From: an uncultured Fibrobacteria bacterium
GTDB lineage: Bacteria > Fibrobacterota > Fibrobacteria > UBA11236
Direction of reading: 5' to 3'
NCBI GenBank assembly: GCA_963716395.1
Contig: OY970309.1
Coordinates: 1,566,485-1,630,484, forward strand
DNA: 64,000 nt
Shown here: piece by piece, positions 18,336-32,631 of the stretch
Layout of the letters: each line of letters opens with the position of its first letter
How positions within the stretch are numbered: the stretch's first letter is position 1
The notes under the pieces: generated by a model
What the model saw: the letters and a program-made list of their open reading frames with translations, nothing else
Database searches by the model: none
Told to the model about the DNA's origin: nothing
Program-made: the position numbers and the translations under genes

Positions 18336-20441
18336 GTGAAGGCGCGCCGCATTCTCGGACTGGGAATTATCGCCGTCCTCTCCCTGGTCGTTTTATGTAT
18401 TCCGGGGTCCACGCGTTTTGCCCGCCCTTTTTTTTATCGCCTGTTCTTAGCCTTGCCGGCCCGGCATTCCGATCCTGTCACCCGCGTCGTCACTACGACG
18501 CCAGAGAATTTGCCGGCCGTCCTGCAGGAATTGACCACGGCGCAACCCAAATTGATCGCCTTGGATCCGGCGCTGTGGCAGGGTCGCGGCGACGAGGTGC
18601 AAAATCTATTGGCCCTCTTGCGCGGCATTCCGGTGGTGTTGGGATGGGCGGCCGATTCCGCAGGTCCGGGGATCGCCGTTTCCGAACCCGCCGCGCCGAT
18701 GCCGCGTCTTTCCACTTTGGAAGGCGCGCTGGCGATGAGCCTGCCGGTCATCCATCTGCGCGCCGGCGAGGCCCCACCCGCGCGTTTCGGTAACGTCTCG
18801 GCCGGTTGGGAGGTAGAGCCCAAGGGCCCGATTAATTCTTTGCAGGCTTTGGCGCGCCAGGGCGACGCCATCGTCCCATCGGCGGGCCTGGAAACTTTGC
18901 GCCGCAGTGCCGAGGTGTTTCCCGATCGCATCGCCTATGTGGACGGGATCGGCCTTTTCATCGGCAAGGATCTCACTTTGCCGTTGACCGCCCGGGGCAA
19001 GGTGCTCCTGCGCTTGCGATCCGCCGCGCCGATTCCGGCCGGGGTGCTGCCGCAGAATCTGGAGGCGATGGCCGGTAAAATCATCCTAGTCGGATCGCCG
19101 CAGCATGTGGTCGCCACCGCGGCCGGCCCGCGGTTGGCGGTCGAAACCTGGGCCTCGCTGGTCGACGACGCCCTGGCCCACGAAACCTTGGCGTTACCTG
19201 CGGGTGCGCCCTGGGTGGCCGCCGGCGTGGGCGCGGCCGGCATCCTGGCCGTGGAATTGGCTTTCTTCTTCGGCATGGAGGCGGGCGGTTTGGCCGCCTT
19301 GGCCGGCGGGCTGTCGCTGTTGTACCCCTTGCTGTCGCTGGGATTTTTCCTGGGTGCGAACTGGTGGCTGCCGCCCGACAAACCCTTCTTCACCCTGCTG
19401 GCCGCGGGCGCCGCCGCGGCGCTGTTCGCGGTGGGAAGAGGCCGTGCCGATGCCCCGGTCCGGCCTGAGCCGCCTCGGCCAATCCGGACGCCGTTGCCCA
19501 AGACGCCCCTGGCGGCATCGTCCGCGGGGTCCCCCTCTCGGCCGCATGTGCATGCCCCGCGCCTCGGCGAGAAACCGCCGTCGGCCGAGTCGGGGCTGGA
19601 GCGCGACGCACAGGGGCAATTGACTCGCCTCGGACGCTACCGCATCGTGCGGAAAATGAGCTCGGGATCGTCGGGAGATGTTTTCGAAGGCCTCGATACC
19701 CACATGGCGCGGCGGGTCGCCGTCAAGACCATGGCCCGCGGCGCGTCGCTGCATTTCGATCACGCGCTGGAACGCTTTCAGGTCGAGGCCAAGGCGGCGG
19801 GATCGCTCAACCACCCCAACATCAACACCGTCCACGATTTCGGCACCCTCGGCGATGTTTCTTACATGGTCCTCGAGTATCTCGACGGCGTCACGCTGTC
19901 GCAGTGGATGCGCAGCCATCCCATTCCGCCTCCGCCGGCTGTGCAGGAATGGGTTCGTCAAATCGCCGCTGCGCTCGACTACGCCCATGCCCACCACGTC
20001 ATCCACCGCGACCTTAAGCCCAGCAACCTCATGGTGGTCGACGAGGGAAAGACGGTCAAGCTCCTCGACTTCGGCGTGGCCAAAGTCGAAGACGTTATGC
20101 TGACCCAGACCGGCATGACCGTGGGCACCCCGTCGTACATGTCTCCCGAACAATTGCAGGGCGAAAAGGTGACCGCCGCCTCGGATCAGTACTCCCTGGC
20201 CGTGGTGCTCTATCAGCTTTACAGCCACCGGCTGCCCTACGGCGGCAGCCGCATTCCCGAGATTTGCGGGCACATTCTCAAAGGGGAATTCATTCCGCTG
20301 CACGAGGCCAATCCCGTCTTGGATCCGGCCTATTGGGAGGTGTTTCTGCGCGCGCTGCGGCGCGATCCCGCCGAGCGGTTTCCCGATTGCCGTGCCCTGG
20401 GCGATGAACTCGAAGGTGTACGCGCGCATTCCGCCCCGTAA
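18336..20441 (+). CDS. Membrane Ser/Thr protein kinase with N-terminal extracytoplasmic (CHASE2-like) sensor domain
   Basis: GTG 18336 start gives a TM anchor (ILGLGIIAVLSLVVLC). ~300-aa sensor region, then hydrophobic helices. C-terminal Hanks kinase (VAVKTM; HRDLKPSNLMV; DFGVAK; GTPSYMSPE). Confidence 0.8.
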   Translation: MKARRILGLGIIAVLSLVVLCIPGSTRFARPFFYRLFLALPARHSDPVTRVVTTTPENLPAVLQELTTAQPKLIALDPALWQGRGDEVQNLLALLRGIPVVLGWAADSAGPGIAVSEPAAPMPRLSTLEGALAMSLPVIHLRAGEAPPARFGNVSAGWEVEPKGPINSLQALARQGDAIVPSAGLETLRRSAEVFPDRIAYVDGIGLFIGKDLTLPLTARGKVLLRLRSAAPIPAGVLPQNLEAMAGKIILVGSPQHVVATAAGPRLAVETWASLVDDALAHETLALPAGAPWVAAGVGAAGILAVELAFFFGMEAGGLAALAGGLSLLYPLLSLGFFLGANWWLPPDKPFFTLLAAGAAAALFAVGRGRADAPVRPEPPRPIRTPLPKTPLAASSAGSPSRPHVHAPRLGEKPPSAESGLERDAQGQLTRLGRYRIVRKMSSGSSGDVFEGLDTHMARRVAVKTMARGASLHFDHALERFQVEAKAAGSLNHPNINTVHDFGTLGDVSYMVLEYLDGVTLSQWMRSHPIPPPPAVQEWVRQIAAALDYAHAHHVIHRDLKPSNLMVVDEGKTVKLLDFGVAKVEDVMLTQTGMTVGTPSYMSPEQLQGEKVTAASDQYSLAVVLYQLYSHRLPYGGSRIPEICGHILKGEFIPLHEANPVLDPAYWEVFLRALRRDPAERFPDCRALGDELEGVRAHSAP

Positions 20442-20495
20442 AAAGAGACGGACTTGAGGCGGGAATATTTCGCCGCATCGGTTAAATTCTTCGCC

Positions 20496-22322
20496 ATGAC
20501 CGCCGCCCAGTACCGATGCGCCGCCGGCTTTTTCCTCTGCGCCGCGGTGGGCTGGGCCTCGGCCGCCAGCCTGCAGCGGGCCGAAGCCGCCGTCAAAGCC
20601 CAGCAATGGAAGCGCGCCGAATCCGATTTAGAGCAGTTGCTCCGCCAAGCCCCGCATGCAGCGGTGGCCGAAGAAGCGACCGTACTGCTCATCGATGTGG
20701 CCCTGCAGCAGGAGAATACCGATTTCGCCGAGGCCACCGTACAGCGCTTCAAACGCCAATACGGGGCGTCGCCCCATTTGGCCCGCGTGCTGTATTACCA
20801 GGGAATTTTGGCCCTGCAAAAAGGCCGCAACGGCGATGCGGCCCAGGCCTTCGCCGCCGCCCTGATGCAGGCGCGCGTGCAGGGGGTTTACGACGCCGCC
20901 AGCCTGGCCTTGCGGCGCCTGGTCGATGCGCGGGGGCTGTTGCCCGACGAGTTGGAGGCCACCTGGAAAACCCTGCAGCGCGATCCGGTGCTGGGCCCGG
21001 GTCTGCTCGAGCGCTTGGGCGACGAACGCGAACGGGTCGGCCGCCACCGCGCAGCCGAGGCCGCCTACACCCAGTATCTTGAAAGTTACCCGGACGTCGC
21101 CGGTGCGGAGCGCGTGCGCGACAAACTGGCGCGCGCCCAGGCCGCTCCCGAAGAAAGCCCGGTGGTCCTCCTCATGGCGCCCTTCTCGGGTGAATTTTCC
21201 GAAGTGGGGCGTTCGTTGCGCGAAGGCGCGACCTTGGCCTTTGAGGACGCCCAGCGGCGGGGCGTTTCCTTGCCGGTGCTGGAGACGCTGGACGATCAGG
21301 GCAATCTCATCTACGGCGTACAAACCTTCCGCAAGACTCTGCGCGAAGAGCGCATCGGCGCCGTGATCGGGCCCGCCATGAGCGATGTGGCCACGGGCGT
21401 GGCCATCGAGCTCAGCGCGCGCAAAAGCTCCATTCCCCTGATCACGCCCACGGCCACCACTTACGGCATCGCCTCGTTGGGCGAAGGCGTGTTTCAACTC
21501 AACGTCACCACCCATACCCTGGGGCAGCGCATCGCCGCCTTTGCGTCGGATTGCCTAGGGCTCAAGGACTTCATCATCGTGGCGCCGCACAACGAATACG
21601 GCTTTCAACTTTCCGAGGTGTTCGCCAAAACCGTGGAGAAAAAAGGCGGCACGGTGGTGTCGGTGACCTATGTCGATCCCGACGCCACGGATTTGTCGGA
21701 TCCTCTGCAAGACGTGCGGCAAAAGCTGGCCAAAATATTTTTCGATCAGATGAAGTGGGAGGGCCAGCCGCTTCCCGACGCGCATGCGCTGCGATCGTGG
21801 ATGTCCGACTCGACCTTTCCGGTCGACGGCATTTTCATTCCCGCCACCAGCGCCGACGAAGCCAATAAGTTGGCGTCGCAGGTCATCTTCAACAAAATCA
21901 GCGGCCAGATGCTGGGTTCTTCGGGATGGTTCGACAAAACCCTGTTGCTCAAGAATTCCGAGGCCACCCATGGCGCTTATTTCAGCGTCGATTTTCCCGA
22001 TCAGCCCAAAACCCAGATTTACTCCGACTTTTCCCAGGCCTACCGCAACCGCTGGAAACGCTCGCCGGATCGGGTCGCCGCCCTGTCGTACGACGCCGCG
22101 CGCTTTTTGCTCGCCGGCATGTCCCAAGCCTCGCCTCCCGATCAATTGATTCGGGCGCTGCGGGCCATCCGCACCTTTCCGGGAGTGTTGGGCGACATCG
22201 AATTCGGCGAAGACGAGGGCGTGAACGAAAACACTGCGGTGTACCACTTCGAGCGCAAGGCGTTCAAAGAAGTGAACGATTGCCCGGACAGCGCCGCGGC
22301 GGTCAAGGCGCCGGTACGGTGA
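20496..22322 (+). CDS. Secreted TPR-repeat + type-1 periplasmic binding protein (LivK/amide-receptor-like) fusion
   Basis: ATG 20496 gives a signal peptide (MTAAQYRCAAGFFLCAAVGWASAAS). N-terminal TPR-like helices. C-terminal ~380 aa with the PBP1 pattern (VLLMAPFSGEFSEVGRSLREGATLAFED...IGAVIGPAMSDVATGV...). Confidence 0.7.
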   Translation: MTAAQYRCAAGFFLCAAVGWASAASLQRAEAAVKAQQWKRAESDLEQLLRQAPHAAVAEEATVLLIDVALQQENTDFAEATVQRFKRQYGASPHLARVLYYQGILALQKGRNGDAAQAFAAALMQARVQGVYDAASLALRRLVDARGLLPDELEATWKTLQRDPVLGPGLLERLGDERERVGRHRAAEAAYTQYLESYPDVAGAERVRDKLARAQAAPEESPVVLLMAPFSGEFSEVGRSLREGATLAFEDAQRRGVSLPVLETLDDQGNLIYGVQTFRKTLREERIGAVIGPAMSDVATGVAIELSARKSSIPLITPTATTYGIASLGEGVFQLNVTTHTLGQRIAAFASDCLGLKDFIIVAPHNEYGFQLSEVFAKTVEKKGGTVVSVTYVDPDATDLSDPLQDVRQKLAKIFFDQMKWEGQPLPDAHALRSWMSDSTFPVDGIFIPATSADEANKLASQVIFNKISGQMLGSSGWFDKTLLLKNSEATHGAYFSVDFPDQPKTQIYSDFSQAYRNRWKRSPDRVAALSYDAARFLLAGMSQASPPDQLIRALRAIRTFPGVLGDIEFGEDEGVNENTAVYHFERKAFKEVNDCPDSAAAVKAPVR

Positions 22323-22325
22323 CCG

Positions 22326-22550
22326 ATGGCCACGTGTTGGGATACGCTGTGCGGGCCCGACTGCGCCTGGTGCCGGTATAAACAGGCGCGTTACCGCCAG
22401 GGGTTCGCCACCCCCTGCTGGGAATGGTTTCACGCGCAACGCATCGAAAAGCGTTGTCGCCTCTGCCGCTTCTACCTTGAGCAGCGGAGTCTGCGCCCGG
22501 AATTGCCCGAAGATCCGTCTTGGCACCCGGCGGACGCCGCCTCCCGCTGA
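22326..22550 (+). CDS. Possible small Cys-rich protein (8 Cys / 74 aa)
   Basis: ATG 4 nt after the upstream stop. CGPDCAWC...C...CRLC spacing. No RBS seen. Could be chance in a GC-rich intergenic region. Confidence 0.25.
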   Translation: MATCWDTLCGPDCAWCRYKQARYRQGFATPCWEWFHAQRIEKRCRLCRFYLEQRSLRPELPEDPSWHPADAASR

Positions 22551-22559
22551 ACGCGCGGG

Positions 22560-23174
22560 TCAGGGCGTGTCGCGATACGGTGCGGTCGGCAATCCGCTTT
22601 GCTCCCGGCGCAAGAATTCCCGCGCCCGTAACAAAGCCGCTACCGTAATGGATTCGGTGAAGGTTCCCTCCAGCGCCTCACGGCAGGCTGCTTCCAGCGG
22701 CATCCAGCGGATTTCCAGCACTTCGGTGGGCTCGGGTTCGGACCGGCCCGGCGTCAGGTCGCGGGCCAAAAACAAATAGGCCACTTCATCGGTCACCGAA
22801 TTGGAAAGCGCCAAGCACCCGAGCGCATCCCAGCGCTTGGCCGTGAGTCCGGTTTCTTCGCGCAGCTCGCGGGCCGCGGCGTCCCGCACGGTGCCGCCTT
22901 CTTTGCGGCAGCCGCCTTCGGGAATTTCCCAGGAGTAGTAATCGAGCGGATAGCGGTGCTGCCCCACCAAGGGAATGTTGCCCTGCGGGTCGACGGCCAC
23001 CACACCCGTGGCCCAGTGGGCGAATTCGACCACCCCGTAGATGCCGGGTTGGCCGTCGGGGTGCAACACGCGATCCTCGCGCACCCGGATCCAAGGGTTG
23101 CGGTAAATGGGGCGGGTCGAAAGAACGGTCCAGGGCCCGACGCGCCGGAGCGCTTCGTCTTCGGAATCGTTCAC
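22560..23174 (-). CDS. NUDIX hydrolase (ADP-ribose pyrophosphatase-like)
   Basis: Nudix box GGCRKEGGTVRDAAARELREETGL. GTGA overlap with the upstream lipoprotein gene stop. Confidence 0.85.
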   Translation of the reverse strand: MNDSEDEALRRVGPWTVLSTRPIYRNPWIRVREDRVLHPDGQPGIYGVVEFAHWATGVVAVDPQGNIPLVGQHRYPLDYYSWEIPEGGCRKEGGTVRDAAARELREETGLTAKRWDALGCLALSNSVTDEVAYLFLARDLTPGRSEPEPTEVLEIRWMPLEAACREALEGTFTESITVAALLRAREFLRREQSGLPTAPYRDTP

Positions 23175-24034
23175 AACCGCCGGCTTTCTTCGGCGAGCAA
23201 TCGCCGCGCGCGTTTTTGTTCGAAGAAGTTTTCCGGCGCGGCTTCCGGCAAAGTGTCGGGATTGGCGTGCAGCACGAATTCCAACTGCGCGCGGAAGTCG
23301 GCGGTGTCTTTTTCCGGAGCGAACAGGTACTCGGCCATCAAGGTGCGCGTGCCGAAATACAGCGGCGCCAATTGCAGGGCGCGTTCAAAATGCAAGCGCG
23401 CCGAATCGGAATTGGGTTGGGGCAGCACCATGTACATCACCCCGAGAAAACGGTGGGCACCGCCATAATAGAACCCCTCGTTTTTGGCCAGCACCTTGAC
23501 GATAAAGGCTTCGAGGCGTTCACGGCTGCCGATGCGCGCCTTAGCGCCTTCGAGATTGGCGAGACGGCCGAGATTGGCGGCATACCAGAACGCCGAGGCG
23601 ACGAACGGGCCGTTGATCTGGCCCACGGCTTCCACTTCGTCGCCGCTTGCCTGGAACACCCGGTAAAACCCCGGTTGCTGCATCAACGCCTTTTCGGCCG
23701 CGAAGGCGCCTTCGAGGTAGAGGGATTCTTTTTGATCCGGGCGCGTTTCCACATACGTCGCGACGAAATACCCGGCCCGCGCCCAGCGCGTCAGCAATTC
23801 CGGAACTTTGTTTTGGCGTTTGGCGGCGCGGCGATATTCATCCAGTGCCGCCCGGGCTGAGGCGGAATCGCGGCGCAGATTCCATAAACTGTCGGCGCGT
23901 AGCCAGGCCGCGCCTTTGGCCGACGAATACGGGGCGAAGTCGCAGGCCGGCGCCACCTTCACCAGGCGTCCCGAACAGGCCGCCAATCCCAGGGCCAATA
24001 CCATCCAACGCGTTCGTTTCACGATAGTGCGCAT
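23171..24034 (-). CDS. TPR-like lipoprotein (TatT-like family)
   Basis: ATG 24034 gives MRTIVKRTRWMVLALGLAACSG with lipobox LAAC. Helical repeat body (ASAFWYAANLGR...FYYGGAHRFLGVMYMVLP). The longer track ORF start at 24463 is unlikely. Confidence 0.6.
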   Translation of the reverse strand: MRTIVKRTRWMVLALGLAACSGRLVKVAPACDFAPYSSAKGAAWLRADSLWNLRRDSASARAALDEYRRAAKRQNKVPELLTRWARAGYFVATYVETRPDQKESLYLEGAFAAEKALMQQPGFYRVFQASGDEVEAVGQINGPFVASAFWYAANLGRLANLEGAKARIGSRERLEAFIVKVLAKNEGFYYGGAHRFLGVMYMVLPQPNSDSARLHFERALQLAPLYFGTRTLMAEYLFAPEKDTADFRAQLEFVLHANPDTLPEAAPENFFEQKRARRLLAEESRRL

Positions 24035-24118
24035 CCCTTCTGACCCCTGTGGGCATTGAATTTCATGGTCGAAGGCGAAATTTACTTCTTTTGGGTTTGC
24101 CGCTTTCGGCCACTTCCC

Positions 24119-25138
24119 ATGCAAACCGGCGTTCTGCTTCTCAATCTCGGCAGCCCCGAAGCGCCGACCCCCAAGGCGGTGCGACCCTATTTGCAGGCCT
24201 TGTTGGGAGATCCGCGGGTGTTGGAAATGCCGGCGCCGCTGCGGTGGCTGCTTCTGCACGGTGTCATCCTGCGTACGCGCCCCAAATATGCGGCGCATGC
24301 CTACTCCCGTATCTGGACCGCCGAAGGTTCTCCGCTGATGACGCACACGCGCGCCTTTGCCGCCGGCCTCGCTGCCGAGCTCGGGTCGGAGTACCGGGTG
24401 GAGGTCGGCATGAGTTGCGGAACACCTTTCATCGCCGAAGGGCTGAAGGCGCTGTTCCGCCATCCACTACGGGAATTGGTGGTGTTTCCGCTGTATCCCC
24501 AATACGCCTCGGCCACTACGGGATCGGCTCTCGCCGCCGTGTTTCAAGGGTTGCAGCGGCGGCGCAGCATTCCCGCGGTGCGCACGGTGCCCGCTTTTTT
24601 CGATCACCCGGCCTATCTCGAAGCCGCGGCCGCCGTGGCCGCGCCGGTGTTGGCGGAAGCCCGCCCCGATCACGTCTTATTCAGTTTTCACGGATTGCCG
24701 GAAAGCCAAATTCGCCGGGCGGAATCCGCGCCGGGTTTTTGCCTGGCGTCCGGCGACGCCTGCTGCGCCTCCATGGGCCCCGCCAATTTTTATTGCTACC
24801 GCGCGCAATGTTTTTCCCTCGCACGGCGGCTGGCCGAGCGCCTGCGCCTCCCGGCTGCGGGATTTTCCCTGTCGTTTCAATCGCGGCTGGGGCGCACGCC
24901 CTGGATTCGGCCTTATACCGACGAAACCTTGGTGTTACTGGCCAAGCGCGGGATCCGCCGCCTGGCGGTATTGACACCATCTTTTGTGGCGGATTGCCTG
25001 GAAACGCTGGAAGAAATCGGATTGCGCGGGGCCGAGGCGTTTCAGGCCGCGGGCGGAGAGCGGCTGACCTTGGTCCCCTCGCTCAACGCGGATTCCGCCT
25101 GGATTCGGGCCGCCGGCGGCATGATCCGGAATTTTTGA
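24119..25138 (+). CDS. hemH: Ferrochelatase
   Basis: MQTGVLLLNLGSPEAPT...VRPYLQALLGDPRVLE...FSFHGLPES... are conserved ferrochelatase motifs. Confidence 0.9.
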   Translation: MQTGVLLLNLGSPEAPTPKAVRPYLQALLGDPRVLEMPAPLRWLLLHGVILRTRPKYAAHAYSRIWTAEGSPLMTHTRAFAAGLAAELGSEYRVEVGMSCGTPFIAEGLKALFRHPLRELVVFPLYPQYASATTGSALAAVFQGLQRRRSIPAVRTVPAFFDHPAYLEAAAAVAAPVLAEARPDHVLFSFHGLPESQIRRAESAPGFCLASGDACCASMGPANFYCYRAQCFSLARRLAERLRLPAAGFSLSFQSRLGRTPWIRPYTDETLVLLAKRGIRRLAVLTPSFVADCLETLEEIGLRGAEAFQAAGGERLTLVPSLNADSAWIRAAGGMIRNF

Positions 25139-25201
25139 AGAATTGCGGCCCAGGCTTTATTTCTGTCAAACCAAGGTCGTTGGTTTTTTCCCATAAAGTC
25201 G

Positions 25202-25230
25202 TTGACGCTCGGCCTCGGGTGTTGTAAATT
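25202..25230 (+). promoter_or_regulatory. Putative sigma-70 promoter of rRNA operon (TTGACG-17-TAAATT)
   Basis: -35/-10-like hexamers with 17-nt spacer, ~300 nt upstream of the 16S 5' end. Recognised by eye only. Confidence 0.35.
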
Positions 25231-25528
25231 TATCGACCCCTGGGAAAACGTCGCTTGCGACGGAACACACGGGGCGCTTCATCCACAGCGGTGAGGCGGA
25301 TGATTGAGAGTGAAAAGAGAACGGTAGGGAGAAGGCGAGCGTGGCCGGGGAAAGGCGCCGAGAAATCGGAGCAAGACCTCGGGCAATCGCAAAAAGGGGT
25401 TTTGCCACTCAAGGCGCAAGTCTTAAGCGGATCACAAAACCCGCCCGATGCGTGGATGGATGCATTGGGAAGCTTCACAAAGAAGCAAATCTCCGGAAAT
25501 TAGAGTTTTAATCAGTGAACGAAGGATC

Positions 25529-27070
<1,542 letters not shown>

Positions 27071-27450
27071 AGCATTCCAAGGGAGAAAGAAGGCAACGCA
27101 AGAAGTTTTCAATCGACCGAGGAAGTTGACCTTCAAAGCATCCGCCAATTCCTGGATGCCTTGAAGCGGAGGCGATCGCACACATAAAAACCATGTTTGT
27201 CCTTCTTCCTACCGAACTCTTTCACTTAAGATTTTTCCCGCCTCTAGCGCGAGGAAAGTTCTTTGTCAGGCGAACCATATTTCCTTGTGAGAAACAAGCA
27301 TTAAGGCCAAGAATCAATTTTTGTTGTTGAACCACACTGCTAAGGGCTAAAAGCATTTTTGGCTCCTTGTGGTTGGGTGCAAGGGGAAACCAGGCGGTTG
27401 ACCACACTTTGAGTGAGGGAAATTGCTTGGGAAAACCTTGATAGACCGAA

Positions 27451-30424
<2,974 letters not shown>

Positions 30425-30651
30425 ATTATCTTCGCCTTCGGTCAATTCAAGGTCTTCCCTTGAACCCAATCCGAAGGAGCCAAGTGCTTCCTGCCCAAAG
30501 CAGGTGGTACACAACAAAAGAACCAAGGTTGGTTGCGAAAGCTTCCCGCCAATACCAAGATTCTTGGTCCTTAATGCGATCTCACCTCCGTTCTAATGCA
30601 AAAATTAGGGCGGAAAAAAACAAATCGAAATATGGCTTCGCCAAACGAGTC

Positions 30652-30768
<117 letters not shown>

Positions 30769-30785
30769 GTTATTTCAAAAAAAAT

Positions 30786-30826
30786 CGGGTCATTCCTTTA
30801 TCGGAATGGCCCGGTTTGTTTTTATA
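30786..30826. terminator. Stem-loop plus T-tract after 5S (possible bidirectional intrinsic terminator)
   Basis: GGGTCATTCC-TTTATC-GGAATGGCCC followed by GGTTTGTTTTTA. Lies between the convergent rRNA operon (+) and zinc-ribbon gene (-). Confidence 0.4.
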
Positions 30827-30871
30827 CCCGGCGCTTCTGATAGATCATTTTTTGCAGGTATTGGTGGGCGT

Positions 30872-31495
30872 TCAAAAAAAGCTGTGGCCATAATCACCCG
30901 CCTCGCGTTTCCATTTCGCCAGCCATTTTTGTCTTTCTTCTTCAAACTTGCGTTCCGCGTTTTCCTTTTCCTTTTTCAATTGATCGTCCAGGAGATTCCC
31001 GCCGGATTTGCGCCAATCCAACAGTCGGTTCAATTCGCCAGCCTGTAAAAAGGTCCCATGCTTTCCGCATTGATCCGTAATCACCCCGCTGCGGGCCCCG
31101 AAATTCACGCGGTTCATATACTTGCCGCATACCGGGCATTTCCGATACTTTAAGATGTCGGGAGGCGCGCTCGTCCCCATTTCTCCGAGCCGGGCGAAAT
31201 CGATGCGATCGGCATGGAATACCGACGCCTCCAGAATCGCTTCCAGTTCGCCCGTGTCGAAAAACATTCCCAGGCAACGTTCGCACCGATCCACCAGAAA
31301 ACGCTTCTCCGGCTGGGCGCTGATGTTCCAGGAGGCCATCGGCATATCGCAATCGGGACAATGGCGCTTGGTTTCCGGTTCGGCTTCGGTATATCCGCCG
31401 ACACGGCGGAGATCCACATCGTTCACCGTGCCGCAATACGCGCAAACCGGCGAAGCCTCTGGGAGCAGGGCGGAACAATTGCGGCAGCGGGGCAT
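30872..31495 (-). CDS. Tandem zinc-ribbon (zf-TFIIB-like, YfgJ-type) protein with charged C-terminal helix
   Basis: Four CxxC pairs (CRNCSALL...CAYCG; CPDCDMPM...CERCLGMFFD; CPVCGKYM...CGKHGTFLQAGEL). The 'F.D.GEL..IL' motif is typical of this family. Confidence 0.7.
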   Translation of the reverse strand: MPRCRNCSALLPEASPVCAYCGTVNDVDLRRVGGYTEAEPETKRHCPDCDMPMASWNISAQPEKRFLVDRCERCLGMFFDTGELEAILEASVFHADRIDFARLGEMGTSAPPDILKYRKCPVCGKYMNRVNFGARSGVITDQCGKHGTFLQAGELNRLLDWRKSGGNLLDDQLKKEKENAERKFEEERQKWLAKWKREAGDYGHSFF

Positions 31496-31501
31496 GCAGC
31501 G

Positions 31502-32506
31502 TTATAGCGCGGCGAGGATTTCCTTGCGTTTGCTTTGGAATTCCTCTTCCCCGATGAGTTTTTTCTGGTAAAGATCGAGCAAAACCTGCAAACGTTCCTC
31601 CACGCGCTGGCTCGCGGAACCGGGTTTCGGCGCTCCGAGCGACTCGGCCATGGCGCCGCTCAAGGCCATGCCCGCGCCCAATCCCACGCCCGCTCCGGCG
31701 GCCCCGCCTTGGTTGCGGGCGGCGTCGCGCAAGGCGTCAAGCTTTTGCATTTCGACATAAGAAAGTCCGGCGGCCTTGGCCTCTTGGGTGGCCGCGATGC
31801 GATCGCCGATTTGTTTGATCCGCGCCCGGGTTTCGTCGTCGAAGTCCGCGCCTTCGATGCGGAAATCCAAGGCCTTCAACCCCAGCTTTTGGAACTCGGC
31901 TCCCACCTTGACCAGGATGCCGGCGGCGATTTCTTCGCGGCGCGCGTCGATTTCCAAATAGGGCGGGCGCGCTTCGGCCACGTAATCGCTGATGCTTTGC
32001 ACAATGCGGTCGGCCAGCACCGCCCTTGCGTCGCTGATGCGGTACAGGGCTTGCCCGCCCACCAAGGCCCGGTAAAAGCTTTCGGGTTCCGCCACCAGAT
32101 AACTGAAATTGCCGTGGGCCCGCAGGGCCGCGGGAATGCCGTATTTCGGCTCCTCGTATTTGACGGGGGCGGGAGTTCCCCATTTTTGGTCGACGATCTC
32201 GCGGCGCGCGAAGAAGTAAATCCCCGTCTTGTGTTCGCTTTGGAAGAATTGCATGCTCTTGGTTACCGTGGTCCAAAAGGGAAGGTTGGCGGTATGCAGC
32301 TCCATCATGCCTTCCCGTTGGTGCACGGCGCGAATCTGCCCTTCGTAAACGAATATGCAACCCTGGCCCGGACCGAGGATCAGCTTGGAGGCGTTTTTGA
32401 TTTCATCGCCGTTTTCCGACCAGCGCCAAAAAAGTTGGTCGGGATGGGGATCTTCCCATTCAATCACCGATCGAAGCTGGCGTTTCAAACCGTCGAGCAT
32501 ACCCAT
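31502..32506 (-). CDS. SPFH/Band-7 domain protein with C-terminal SHOCT domain
   Basis: N-terminal SPFH-like ~250 aa. Gly/Ala-rich linker. Terminal LQVLLDLYQKKLIGEEEFQSKRKEILAAL matches the SHOCT (short C-terminal oligomerisation) motif. Confidence 0.8.
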   Translation of the reverse strand: MGMLDGLKRQLRSVIEWEDPHPDQLFWRWSENGDEIKNASKLILGPGQGCIFVYEGQIRAVHQREGMMELHTANLPFWTTVTKSMQFFQSEHKTGIYFFARREIVDQKWGTPAPVKYEEPKYGIPAALRAHGNFSYLVAEPESFYRALVGGQALYRISDARAVLADRIVQSISDYVAEARPPYLEIDARREEIAAGILVKVGAEFQKLGLKALDFRIEGADFDDETRARIKQIGDRIAATQEAKAAGLSYVEMQKLDALRDAARNQGGAAGAGVGLGAGMALSGAMAESLGAPKPGSASQRVEERLQVLLDLYQKKLIGEEEFQSKRKEILAAL

Positions 32507-32631
32507 AGTATCCCCCGATCGAAGATTTCACAAAGGTCTGTTCTATGTTCGCAAACTGACGGGCGAATGACAAGAGAACCCCGAGGATAGACATTCCGTT
32601 CCTGGTTGTATTTCTTCGGCAGCGCGGCCGT

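Noticed and set aside
19194-20606. 470-aa minus-strand ORF
   Set aside because: Antisense to the well-supported Ser/Thr kinase domain.
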